From: Octopus sinensis | Taxonomy: Eukaryota | Direction of reading: 5' to 3' | DNA: 64,000 nucleotides | Assembly (NCBI RefSeq): GCF_006345805.1 | Contig: NC_043001.1 | Coordinates: 99,572,001 to 99,636,000 of the forward strand | Shown here: in pieces, positions 51,575-64,000 of the stretch | How the letters are laid out: each line of letters starts with the position of its first letter | Position numbering within the stretch: position 1 is the stretch's first letter | Position numbers and translations under genes: made by a program | Notes under the pieces: model-generated | What the model was told of the DNA's origin: nothing | What the model saw: the letters and a program-made list of their open reading frames with translations, nothing else | The model's database searches: none

Positions 51575-52260
51575 TACTTCTCGAGTTCTGATAGTGACTC
51601 AGCAATTAGAGCAAGGTCGTCAGCATAGAGGAGCTCCCAGAGGCATCCTGTCTTGAATTCCTCTGTTATTGCCTGGAGGACTATGATAAATAGGAGGGGG
51701 CTCAGGACTGAACCTTGCTGGACCCCTACCTCTACTCTGAATTCTTCACTGTACTCGTTGCCAACCCTCACCTTACTGACAGCGTCCCTGTACATGGCTT
51801 GCACAGTTCTCACTAACCATTCATCTATCGCTAGTTTCCTCATTGACCACCAGATAAGGGATCGGGGGACCCTGTCAAAGGCTTTCTCCATGTCAACAAA
51901 AGCCAGGTACAGAGGTTTAATTTTGGCCAGGTATTTCTCCTGGGAAACAAAGTCATAGTCTCTATGTATGCCATGGAAGTCCCCTGCATGTTGTCCAACA
52001 TGCCCATTGATGTTGCCAGCCACAAAGAGAAGGTCTCTGTCACTCGTAGACAAGGTAGTCTGCAAGAAGGTGTCAAAAATCAGTCTTTCTGGTCATCAGG
52101 TAGCCCTGGCTGAGGGGCATAGGCTGAGATGATGGTTGCTAATCATTTCTAATCTATTCTAAAGTATTCTATAACAAACTCTATCTTGATTACCTTATCA
52201 ACCCATTTCTCTGCAAAAGTATACCCACACCCCCGACCCCATCAATATACCCTGCCCAGA
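51575..52260 (-). mobile_element. RTE copy with internal deletion joining endonuclease to RT in frame
   Basis: ..GIHRDYDFVS|QEKYLAK..LYADD. Confidence 0.85.
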
Positions 52261-53534
52261 AACATCTCACCTTAATGAAATGAAATGGGCATTCTTCGTT
52301 GAAATGTCTAAGCAGAACTGAAGCGAAGGAACACAGATGGAAGGCAAAGCTTTTATCAGAACTTTCATCATAAGTTTCAAAATTCTTTTACATTCCAAAT
52401 TCCATATTGGCTGCAACTCACCCAATATCTTTTAGAACATAGTCAATTTATAAGATTTGCAGGTAAATTTCTAAATTAACATACGATCAACAGCATGTTG
52501 GTATTAATCTACCAAAGGAAAAAGGGTAAGCTTATTCATTTTTCATGTTGTAAATGTGGTTAAATGCAGAGTTTGCCCCTCTGATATCCTGTTTTTTTAT
52601 TTCCTTCATCGTTCAGTCTTGTAGAAATAATTTTCTTTTTTCCACCTTTGATAAAAAAATTTTTTTAAATTGATCATATTCCTGCTTGCATTGTATTTTT
52701 TTATTTCTGAGAATAGTCAATGACTTGGTAAAGAAGTCAATAGGTATACAAACATACTTAGAGGAATCTTAGATATTGTTACAGAGAAACTTCAGTGTAC
52801 AAATGATATAATAGATCAATCAGGGATTAAGTCCAGTATAGTCAGGCTTGAAAACACAAATTTTCTGCAAAAAAATTAACACCACAAAGAAGGAAAAATA
52901 GCGTACATCACAGACCATTGTTATTTCAAGACGCTCCTGTTCTGAAAGTTTCCATAATCTCAGAAATTTTGCAATGTGGAGCAAGTCTGGTTTCGTCCAC
53001 TTTCTCTCGCCCAAAATCCAATGTATTTGTGAATTTTTTTTTTTCCTTTTTTGAGACAGGCTTTGGCAATTTATGACATTGCATGCCAACAAGTTCCTTA
53101 AAGCATTCACTCAAAACATACAGAAATAATTGCATTACCAACACTGACTTTGGACGCTCAGAAGAAGTAACAGCTGAGGTGGCTGCAGCTCTCACGTTCC
53201 GACTGAATTCACCCACCTTCGCAGAATATAATCACAAAACCCTGCAAATAAACTAAAAAAGACATCTTAATCAGGTTGTCAAAGGGTTACCCCAGCATAC
53301 ACTACACCTGTAGTTTCGTATTTATTACTAAGTAGCTCTGCGTAAAGTTTCGTAGCCATTCGTTAGTGTTTCGGTGACACTGTTATTGTTTATAGTTTAT
53401 CTCAAGTCATGTTTATTTGTTGATATATTTTTAAATATGGAAATTTAGGCTTAGAAAATAATATTCTGAGTAAGTGGAAAATTTTTTTGAAATACGAGAT
53501 TGCTCACGTTCAGTTTAGTGAGATTTTTCTCATA

Positions 53535-54150
53535 TTATAGCTAAGTTACGCTATACACAAAAAAAATTAACGGAGACCCAACGAAAGATTTATTCAGTTA
53601 AATAAATACACGAAGGCGACAGCGGCTGGTTAAAAAGGAAACCTGCTTCCACGGAAGTCGAGCTCACTGGCCGGCCCGCAGCGAAGTTCCTGTATTCTGT
53701 TTGTCTAGCGTAAATCCTTGGAATTTACCCTACATACAACTTCCCCACGCCGAACTGTTGACTGTCATTGTTGGAACCAAGAAGGCGTTTTAACTGCCCT
53801 GCTTGTGTGTGTGGGCACTTTAGCTCTTTGGTGACTGTTTCTTGCCAAGGGTTTGTGTGATTTGCCTGGGGCGGTCCCTGTTTGGTGGTTCAGCTACTTG
53901 GACGGTTTCAACCCGTCGATGGAAACTGTATCTTGTCATCCGCCAATTAGGAGTTGGAGCGATTTGTCAGCCGGAAATATGACTTCAGATGAGTCATTGT
54001 AGGGTGACTGGAGGGTTTTTTGTTGTGTATCATGTCGAACTGACCCAAAGTTAGCCGTGCGGAGGTCGTTTGGTAGAGATTATCTGGGTGTACCATGTGT
54101 TGACATGGGAATGCAACTGGCCCACAGTCTCTCACTTGCACGAGGTACCT
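53535..54150 (-). mobile_element. Gypsy integrase C-terminus, polypurine tract and 3' LTR
   Basis: VRHDTQQKTLQSPYNDSSEV..LLIGG*QDTVSIDGLKP, PPT ggggaag at 53740-53746, LTR starting TGT at ~53734-53738 with AATAAA. Confidence 0.75.
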
Positions 54151-54810
54151 TTCGGCCGAAATCAAGAAAGTACGGTGCCGCTTTTATTCTTTCTTCCTCT
54201 CTTGTCAGCTCAGTGTAATCTCTACTCTTTCTCTCTCTACTAGCAGACCACAAATTCCTCACTATCGATTACCAACCTGTCGGCGAACCTTTTGTCACTG
54301 TCACTACGATTATTGCTGTCTTACTAACTACTTTCCGGACAAAAAAAAAAAAATTAATAATCCTTCTTTTTGTGGTGTGATATATCCACCCGGCATAAGA
54401 GCCCTTATGCACCGCAGAAACATCAACTTGATGGACTTAAAAGAATTACTGCATTCTGATTATACTTGTTCCATTAGCCGCTACAATATGATTGTTTTCG
54501 TAATTTAACAAACAGTAATTTTGTTTATATATTAAAACCTGCCTAAATTAAGGTTCAATGTCGCTAATTTCTTTGTTATTTTTTTCATTTAAATTAAAGC
54601 CGATGCTAATCCAACTTAAGAAACAAGAAACATTATACATTGAGCAGTATATATATCATTATCTATATTCTTTTTGTTAAATTTTAGCTATAAAAAAAAA
54701 AATTAATACGGTATCTTTATTTGTCTTCAATATTAGGACACTTCATTGTCAAATAAGTAGGAATTAATTAGTAGGAAAAACAAAGCAACACTGGATAGGA
54801 CTCCGATTTA

Positions 54811-55118
54811 GTTGTTTACCTTGGTAGTCATAGCAACATCATTAACACAGCTATTCAGCAGATAATTTATTATAGAGTGGGGAAAAAAATAACATACTTC
54901 GATATATTTGTTTGAGACTAACTTGAATCTCTTATTTAATTTATAAATTTAAAAAAATGATAAACGTTTCTATTTAAAACTTATTCCTAAATAATTTTGA
55001 TATTAAAAAAATCCCACAGCAACATGTTTCTATGACAACAAATATTTATATTACCGTTAACAAACTTTGAATGTTTATTTTTTTTCCTAGTTTTTGTTTT
55101 TTTTTTCTTTAACATAAG
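54811..55118 (+). promoter_or_regulatory. RFX X-box cluster with candidate first exon of a + strand gene
   Basis: GTAGTCATAGCAAC at 54824-54837 and GTTTCTATGACAAC at 55026-55039, followed by donor AAG|GTAAGT at 55119. Confidence 0.5.
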
Positions 55119-56039
55119 GTAAGTCTTAATTTGTTAGTGTATATTATACAAGATTGAGTATATATTCAGTTTATACACTTATAAAATTTAGCAAAATGCG
55201 TATCAATTTTACTGAAACATCCTCTCAGCAAAAGCATTAACAGAAAAACGGCATTTGTTACTTTTCAGTAATTAATTATTTACAATGTATTTTAAATATT
55301 TTTTATCCTCGCCTATAATTTGTATCTAATTTTTATTTTGTACCAACGCCTTCAAATTCATATTTGAAAAATTTTCCGAATTTTCACATCAGCTTTTTAC
55401 GTATCATTTATACATACACATGCAATAGGTGCGAATATATGTGTACACACACACGTCCTTTCATGTGGGTAAGGATGAATTCTTGCCCGCATGAAAGGAA
55501 GTACATTCTATCATACCTGCGCGCCCCACCATGACTGTCACCACAAATCCCATGCCTCGACCTTCAGCGAACGACCTTCCACCAATGCCCTTAAGCCCGA
55601 CAAAAAGAGTTTGACCAAAGCACCCATGTACACACACGCACACACCACTATAAGACAGAAACCCCACAAAATAAACTGTCTCCCACCACCCCAACACACC
55701 CCTTCACACAAATTATACCCCCCACATATACATAGACACCACACACACACACACATTACACACTGAATGCCAACATCCCCCCCTCCCATGCCTTTATCGT
55801 TTACAGAGAGAAAACAGACCAACAAACACAGCTATATATACTTACATCCTTGGAAATAAATTATACATATAACACCGCTACACATAACACACCCCATTCC
55901 CACAGGGGCATAACATTAATAATACACACTTTCTCCACTTGAAGATAACTTTTGGCCCCTTTCCTTTCCACAGCAGCCACTGATCGGTTGTGCTAATCCA
56001 TGTGCATATTGCCAAAATGCCAACACTGTGCAGGTGAAT

Positions 56040-56500
56040 AACTGGATGTTTCGTTAAATCATTCAGAACCAGAAATAAGGATACATTGCCACTCCTATGG
56101 AGGACATTTATCCTCAATTATCTGGATTATGACTCCTGACTGTGGTTAGCACAAAGCATAAAATTGGAGGCAGATGTTGAGGCAATCCAGCACCACTACA
56201 CAAAGAAGGTTTAGCCAGTGAAACAGATGGGCTACTGGGAGAGGCTACAAGAACTGAAGCTCTATTCCCTGGAGAGGAGGTGGGAAAGGTATGCAGTGAT
56301 ATACATATGGAAGGTCTAGCTGCCAGCTTTGGAATTAAAAGCTATACCAACCACTAAACTGGATGGCACTGCATACTGCCAAAGATACCACCTTCTTCAT
56401 CTCAGATAAGGACCCAGTATTGCAAAAGCTTGGGTTTCAGGGAACTACAGCTGTTTAACATCCTGCCAAGGAACCTAAGAACTCTGCAAGGTGTAGAAAC
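56040..56500 (+). mobile_element. CR1-like LINE 3' coding end
   Basis: YWERLQELKLYSLERRWERYAVIYIWK. Confidence 0.8.
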
Positions 56501-56799
56501 GCAAGATAAACCCACATCATGGCAGGAGGCATCCAACTCACTTCTCTAAAAACCATACCAAAAGGAGACCCAAAAACACTGGAAGGCAGTGCTCCAGCAT
56601 GGCTCCATCCTCTGGCTGAATCCAGTGAAAGAACAAAAGAACATACATACATACAGACAGGCTTTTCAATTCGTCTAAGTGTCAAACTAACACACCAGCT
56701 TGTTGTTCCCTCACTTGTCTTTGTCATTCGTTTCCTGTACATTGGAACTATACATATATATTATATGTGATATATATATATATATATATATAAAGTCTG

Positions 56800-59323
56800 C
56801 AGATGATGCAAAATCTCTTCCAGACCTACAGTTACGTGGTGGTGGAATAGTACAGTAGACAAAGCCATTAGAGCAAAGAAACAGGCCTGGAAAGCCTGGA
56901 GTGATGGGGGTAGCAGGGAATTGTACCAGGTAGCCAAAAGGGAGGCTGGGCAGCAGGTACACATAGCCAAGAGCAAAGCGGAAAAGAAGAAGTTTGCCAA
57001 TGTCCAGCGACGTGAGGACCAAAGAACTAAGGTATTTCGGATTGCAAGACAGTGTGTGAGAGAAAATTGTGATGTCTCAGGAGAGAAATGCCCCCACATG
57101 GATGATGTTGCACTTGCTTTGAATGTATCTGAAAAGAAAGAAGCTTGGAGAAGCCATTATGAGAGACTGCTGAATATGAGAAAGAATGGGAGGAGAGCCT
57201 GCCGAATGTTGACCCAGTAGAAGGACCAGCTATCCCAATAGACAGTTCCTTTGTAGATAAAGCAATTAAGGGTATGAAGCTAGGAAAAGCCACCGGCCCA
57301 TCAGGAATCACTGCCGAGATGCTTAAAACATCTGGTGGTGTGGGCTATGGCTTAGTCACCCGCATTGTAAACCAGGTAGTTCATAATGGAGTCATACCCA
57401 ATGACTGGCATAGCAGCACCATAGTCAACTGCTACAAGGGTAAAGGTGATGCTCTAGATAGAAATAACTACAGGGTATTAAACTGTTGGATCAGGTGATG
57501 AAGGTCACAGAGAGGATCATAGTGCATCTCATTAGGGAGAGACTCTGCTTAGATGAGATGCAGTTCGGTTTTGTGCCAGGTAGAAACACCACTGATGCCA
57601 TATTCCTGGTTCGACAACTGCAGAAGAAATACCTAGCTAAAGATAAACCCCTCTACATAGCTTTCGTGGACTTGGAGAAAGCTTTTGACAGGGTCCCCCA
57701 ATACCTTACCTGATGGGTGATGCAGAAACTGGAGATTGACGAATGGTTAATAAAGGCTGTACAGGCCCTATACAGAGAGGCCATCATCAAGGTTAGGATT
57801 GGCAATGAGTATAGTGAAGAATTTTGGGTAGAATTAGGGGTCCACCAAGGTTCAGCCCTCAGTCCCCTTTTATTCATCATGGTCCTCCAGGCAATAACAG
57901 AGGAATTCAAGACGGGTTGCCCCTGGGAGCTCCTCTATGCTGATGATCTGGCCCTCATAGCAGAATCACTACCGCAACTAGGAAAGAAATTTTGGATGTG
58001 GAAGCTAGGTTTATAATCAAAAGGCCTTAGAGTCAATGTAGCAAAGACCAAAGTTCTAGTAAGTAAGAAGGCAAACACACCACACACCCATTCAGGTAGG
58101 TGGGCCTGCTCAGTCTGTAGAAAAGGTGTAGGTAAAAACTCCATAAGATGTACCCAGTGTAAGCTATGGACACATAAGAGGTGCAGCAATATCAAAGGAA
58201 AATTAACCGAGAAGATAGCTTTCGTGTGTGGCAGATGCACAGGGGCAATAGACACCACTGATACTCAGAAAACAGATTCCATTACACTCCTGGAGGAGAA
58301 ACTAGAAGTAGTTGATAGCTTCCGCTAACTAGCTGATCAAGTTAGTAGTGGGGGTGGATGCTCAGAAAGTGTTACCACTAGAATAAGAATAGCCTGGGCA
58401 AAGTTTAGAAAGCTCCTACCCCTACTGGTGACAAAGAGTTTCTCACTCAGAGTGAAAGGTAGATTGTACGACTCGTGTGTGCGAACTGCCATGCTTCACG
58501 GCAGTGAAACATGGGCTGTGACTGCAGAGGACATGCGTAGGCTTGAAAGAAATGAAGCTAGCATGATCCAATGGATGTGTAATGTCAGTGTGCACACACG
58601 ACAGAGTGTAAATGCCCTGAGAGAAATGCTGGACATAAGAAACATTTGATGTGTCGTGCAAGAGAGACATCTGCGCTGTTATGGTCATGTACTACGGATG
58701 GATGAGGAGAGATGTGTAAAGAAGTACCACTCCCATTCAGTTGAAGGAATCCGGGGTAGAGGTAGACCCTGGAAGACATGGGATGAGGTGGTGAAGCATG
58801 ACTTTCGAACATTGGGCCTCACAGAGGCAATGACGAAATACTGTGACTGTGAAGACCTGACAATTGAAGTGAGTTCATGGCTCACAGGACAGCCTACTGT
58901 GCTTACCTTGGATCGTAGGGCGACCTAATGTGCTTGAAGAGACTTATTGAATCAAGTACATCAACATCAAAATAAAAATCAAATGAAAATTGTAGTTGTG
59001 ATACCCGTGCTGGTGGCATGTAAAACACACCATCTGAACGTGGTGAGTGCCAGCGCCGCCTTGACTGGCGTCCGTGCTGGTGGAACGTAAAAAGCACCAA
59101 CCGACCGTGGACGTTGCCAGCCTCCTCTGGCCCCTGTCCTGGTGGCACGTAAAAAGCACCCACTACACTCACGGACTGGTTGGCGTTAGGAAGGGCATCC
59201 AGCTGTAGAAACACTGCCAGATCAGACTGGAGCCTGGTGCAGCCTCCTGGCTTCCCAGACCCCAGTCATCCATCCAACCCATGCTAACATGGAAAACAGA
59301 CGTTAAACGATGATGATGATGAT
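56800..59323 (+). mobile_element. 5'-truncated RTE LINE (RT, PHD-like finger, 3'UTR, (GAT)n tail)
   Basis: FVDLEKAFDRV, GVHQGSALSP, LYADD, C4HC3 motif at 58100-58240, tail at 59309-59323. Confidence 0.95.
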
Positions 59324-59426
59324 ATTGTATGTGACTTGAGCTGCTTACCTTGCCTTAACATTTACTGTTCTCTTTAATACTTGTATAGATATTTGAGGAC
59401 AGATTTATGTGACATATATATATATA

Positions 59427-59805
59427 TACAGGGCATATATAAGGCATTTGAGGACATGGGGTCATTGATGAAGTTTTTGCTAACTCTGTATAATTTTTGT
59501 TTCAGAGAATAATAACGGCAGACCCTCAGCTTACTTAAGAAATGAAGAGGCATGCTGTTATTGTGCTTATAAAGGCTGAGCATCACAATTTAGAAATATC
59601 TTGATTTTTAAAAGTTGCGAAATCTGTCGTCTACAAAGTTTGTTTAGGAGCTAGGGACTGAAGATGGAAACGTATCACTAGAATCAAAGCATAAAAAGCA
59701 TTCTAAACACTGTGAAGTCATCAGAACACCTGAATTTATCCAGCAAGTTCAACAGACCATTGATTACAATCCCAGAAAGTTCAAAGGTCAATTGCAAAAG
59801 GTGTT
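59427..59805 (+). mobile_element. Mariner/maT-like transposase N-terminal fragment
   Basis: EMKRHAVIVLIKAEHHNLEIS*FLKVAKS..RTPEFIQQVQQTIDYNPRK; begins TA-CAGGG. Confidence 0.7.
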
Positions 59806-59814
59806 ACTTATTTG

Positions 59815-59844
<30 letters not shown>

Positions 59845-59845
<1 letters not shown>

Positions 59846-61690
59846 ATGAAAATGATGCTGAAGTTCAGCGACTGTTGGTTGTAAAGCGCCATTCCAACAA
59901 TATATTGCTGTATAGAGGACTTTCAGCTGTGTAATGAAATCTAGCATTTGCTCTCTATAGCAGTGTAAAATCACTGTGATCTCTCAGTAAGATGCAGAAT
60001 ACTTGGTGGGAGGAACTTGCTCGTGATGTTCAGGCTGCTGCTGATGCAAATGACAATAAGAAGCTTTACCATCTTATGAAGCGAGTTTATGGGCCTAACA
60101 GCTTTGCATCAGCTCCTTTGCTTTCCAAGGAGTCTTCTACTCTATTTACTAAATCAACAAGAATCACAGGTCGCTGGATTGAACACTTCTCTGAACTCCT
60201 AAGCCATGAGTCAGTTGTAGATGGAATATTGACTGATACTATGCAACAAAGACCTGTCATTTGCTCCTTAAATTCCATACCCTCAATAGATGAGGTAATG
60301 ACATCAATTGAATCTTGGTAGGGCACGTGGAAGTAAGTTGAATCTTGGTAGGGCAAGTGGAAGTAAATTAAATCTTAGTAGGGCACCTGGAAGGGGTGGA
60401 ATTTGTGCCGAGGTCTTGTGATTTTGGTGGTGATTACATCATACAGTCCCTTCATGAACTTTTTAGTGTAGTCTGGAGGGATGGTGCAATGCCTAAAGAC
60501 TGGAAGGATGCAATTATTCTTCCTCTCTATAAAGGAAAAAGGATCCAGAACAATGTGTGGTAGCTACAGAGGTATTGCTCTACTGTCAGCTGCTGGCAAG
60601 GTTCTGGCAAATATTCTTCTTACCCACCTGAATGGGTGTCTCGTAAATGATGTCCTTTCTGAATCTCAATGTGGCTTCTGATTTGGTAGAGAGACAATGG
60701 ATATAATATCCATAGCAAGACAGATGCAGGAGAAATGCTGACAGAATATGGATCTTGTTCAGGTATTCATTGATTTAACCAAGGCCTTTGATACATGAAT
60801 AGAGCCTTGCTATGGAAAATACTTGGCAAACTTGGATGTCCGGATCACTTTGTATCTATAATTAAATTATTTCATGATTGGATGGAGGCTTCAGTCAGTG
60901 CTGGTGTTGGCATGGCGGAACTCATTCTTGTAGAGAATGGTGTCAAGCAGGGTGATATCCTTGCCTAACTCTCTTTTTTGGTACTTTGCTGCTGCTTTTA
61001 CTCGTGCTTTTGCTAAGGTTAGCTCTCTGGGAATATATGTCAGATATCAATCTTCTGGCCGTCTCTTTAATCTGTGCTGATTTGCTGCCAATTCAAAAGT
61101 TTTCCAGACTTTTATTCGTGACCTCCTTTATGCAGATTACTGTGACTTAGTCACTCATGCATGGATTACTTATGAATCGTATTTCTACTTCTTGCAAGAC
61201 ATTTGGACTTAGCATTAGCCTGGAAAAGATTGTTATAATGTTCCAGCCTGCACCAGGAAATCCATATGTGGAAACAGCTATCTTGATTGAAGGAACAATA
61301 TTGAAAGTGGTAGACAAGTTTGTCTACCTGGGCAGCATACTCAGCTGTTCTTGCTCCCTGGATGGTGAAATATCTTTCAGGCTGTAGAGAGCAACTGATT
61401 CCTTCCTGTCTCTTCAGTCTCGAGTTTGGTCCCAACATGGCATCACAAGGCGAATAAACATTGCTGTGTACTGACATTGTTCCATTACTTATGTGAGACA
61501 TGGATCCTTTCCAAACGTCATGTAAGGGTCCTTGAATGCTTTCATCAGATGTCTCAGACACATTCTGAATGTTGGCTGGACCTTAAAAACTCCAGACACA
61601 CAGGTCTTGAGGAAAGCTGATATCTTGAGTATTGAGGCGATGGTTTCACAAGCACCAGTTACATTGGACTGGACACCTTATAGAATGAAC
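59845..61690 (+). mobile_element. BovB-like RTE LINE (second family), decayed
   Basis: MKRVYGP, GRWIEHFSELL, SYRGIALLSAAGKVLA, ESQCGF, GVKQGD, LLYADY, FVYLGSILS. Confidence 0.9.
60308..60393 (+). repeat. 30-bp tandem triplication inside the LINE
   Basis: ttgaatcttggtagggca(c/a)gtggaagtaa x3. Confidence 0.85.
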
Positions 61691-61694
61691 CACA

Positions 61695-62985
61695 AATCCC
61701 TTCAGTTAGATGGCCCTGCTCGATCTGTAGAAAAGGCATAGGTAGAAACTCTATAAGATGTACCAGTGTAAGCTATGGACACATAAGAGCTGCAGCTATA
61801 TCAAAGGAAGGCTAACTGGGAAGATACTGAAAATGTGAAGAGAACAACTTCCGTCACTTTCCAGGGGAAAAAACTAGAAGTAGTTGATAGCTTCCATTAT
61901 CTAGTAGACCAAGTCAGTAGCGGGGGTGGGTGTGCTGAAAGTGTAACTGCTAGAGTAAGAATAGCCTGGGCAAAGTTCAGGGAGCTCTTACCTCTGCTGG
62001 TGACAAAGGGCCTCTCGCTCAGAGTAAAAGGTAGACTGTATGAAGCATGTGTACGAACAGCCATGCTACATGGCAGTGAAACATGGCTGTGACTGCTGAG
62101 GACATACGTAAGCTCGCAAGGAATGAAGCCAGTATGATCTGAAGGATGTGTAATGTCAGTGTGCATACTCGACAGAGTGTAAGTACCTTGAGAGAAATGT
62201 TGGACCTAAGAAGCATCAGATGTAATGTGCAAGAGAGACGACTGTGCTGGTATGGTCATGTGGCGAGAATGGATGAGGATAGCTGTGTGAAAAAGTGCCA
62301 CACTCTAGCAATTGAGGGAACCTGTGGAAGAGGTAAATCCAGGAAGACCTGGGATGAAGTGGTGAAGCATGACCTTTGAACATTAGGGCTCACCAAGGCA
62401 ATGACTAGTGACTGAGACTTTTGGAAATATGCTGTGCTTGAGAAGTTTCAGCAAGCCAAATGAGATCATAACCTCATTGCCTATGCTAGGGGTGTAACCA
62501 GCCCACTTATGTGTACCTTCCTTTCATTGGACACTGCTTTCGAAGACCTGTTGAGGCAAGTGAAATCGAAATCAAATTCGATGACTGGCATCCATGCTAT
62601 TGGGGCACTAAGAGCACCATCCGAGCATGATCATTGCTAGAGCTGCTATCTGGCGTTCATGCCAGTGGCACGTAAAAAGCACCATTCAAGCGTTATCGTT
62701 ACCAGCGTTGCCTTACTGGCACTTGTGCCGGTGTGCAGTTGGCATGTAAATAAAAACTTTTGGGTGTGGCCATTGCCAGTACCGCCTGACTGGCCCTCAT
62801 GCCAGTGGCACATAAATGCACCCACTACATTCTCGGAGTGGTTGGCGTTAGGAAGGGCATCCAGCTGTAGAAACTCTGCCAGATCAAGATTGGAGCCTGG
62901 TGCAGCCATCTGGTTCGCCAGTCCTCAGTCAAATTGTCCAACCCATGCCAGCATGGAAAGCGGACGCTAAGTGATTATGATGATG
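61695..62985 (+). mobile_element. RTE LINE 3' portion with UTR and tail
   Basis: KLEVVDSFHYL, AMLHGSETW, KTWDEVVKHDL. Confidence 0.9.
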
Positions 62986-63039
62986 ATATATATATACATA
63001 TACACTCAATCACACACATACACACACATATATATAAAG

Positions 63040-63257
63040 GGTGTGTGTTGTGCTCTTGAGCAAGACACTCCATTTCATGTTGCTCCAGTTCACTCAGCTT
63101 TAGAAATGAGTTACAATGTTACTGGTACCAAGCTGTATCAGCATTTGCCTTTCCCTTAGGTAAAAACTGTGGCATGGAGAGGGGGCACTGCTGGACTTGT
63201 GCCTCGAATGGTAACTTTCTAGGTGTGATCCAATGGTCATTCATGATTGAAGTGGGG

Positions 63258-63297
<40 letters not shown>

Positions 63298-63635
63298 TGA
63301 TGTCATGTAACAGGCACCCTTTCTAGTGGCACGTAAAAAGCACCCTTGGAATTTTGGGCCTCATGGAGGTGATCACTGAGACTTTTGGCGATATGCTGTG
63401 CTTGAGAAGACTTGTCGAGCCGAGTGGACTCACAGTTGTGACTGATGCTGGTGTTACATAACTGGCACCCATGCCATCAGCACACAAAAAGCACCAGTTG
63501 TTGGGGTTAGAAAGGGTGTCCAGCTATAGGAACCATGCCAAATCAGATTGGAACCTGGTGCAGCTCTCCAGCTTACCAGTTTCAGTCAAACTGTCTAACC
63601 CATGCCAGCATGGGAAGCAGACACTAAATGAAATG
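63040..63635 (+). mobile_element. Headless SINE (63040-63260) and RTE 3' UTR (63295-63635)
   Basis: Homology to 16231-16555 and to the other RTE tails. Confidence 0.75.
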
Positions 63636-64000
63636 AGGATATCTATATACAGTTGTCTCTTTGTTCGTATGGTACTCAACTTTGATGGTTTTCTTTCAGC
63701 ATATTTGTTTTTACATCTATTAGAAATGCCAATAGTAGAACTAGAATAAGAAACAGAGAGAAGGCTGGAGCTAGGATGATTGAAGGATCTTTATAATTTT
63801 GAAATACACATCATACATACATAGTAAAATTATGGGATCAATGGAAATGCTGTATTATTTTGGAGAGAAGGAAATGCCAAAAAAATTTCATTTATGTATA
63901 AATGTGTTTAGTGAAGAACTTGTAAGGAAATTTGGAAATATTGTCAATGTAGTCATATATATCTTGAACACAATCATATTGTCAATAAAATATATATTCA

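Noticed and set aside
52820-53216. 96-aa ORFs downstream of the 53242 acceptor
   Set aside because: All frames from the acceptor hit early stops; no recognisable domain

Overview
Repeat-dense, AT-rich animal genomic DNA. The tRNA-derived SINEs, RTE LINEs with (GAT)n tails and abundant (TA)n/(CA)n point to an octopus/cephalopod genome; this is inferred from recalled repeat families. Most of the window is decayed RTE, BovB-like and CR1-like LINEs, Gypsy, Tc1/mariner, hAT, Helitron-like and Penelope fragments, SINEs and microsatellites. Three things stand out. (1) A minus-strand multi-exon gene (7 reconstructed exons, 39357 to beyond position 1) has canonical splice sites but carries stops and frameshifts; its translation is collinear with my recollection of the N-terminus of the sperm channel subunit CatSper-epsilon, so it is probably a pseudogene. 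(2) A ~16 kb CpG-retaining telomere/subtelomere-like block (13-bp satellite, ~2 kb degenerate (CCCTAA)n, 22-bp satellite, shuffled mosaic with captured gene fragments) lies inside one of its introns. (3) There are three long fold-back elements, one with a 13-bp target-site duplication. A candidate RFX X-box promoter lies at ~54.8-55.1 kb. All homologies were judged by eye; no searches were run.
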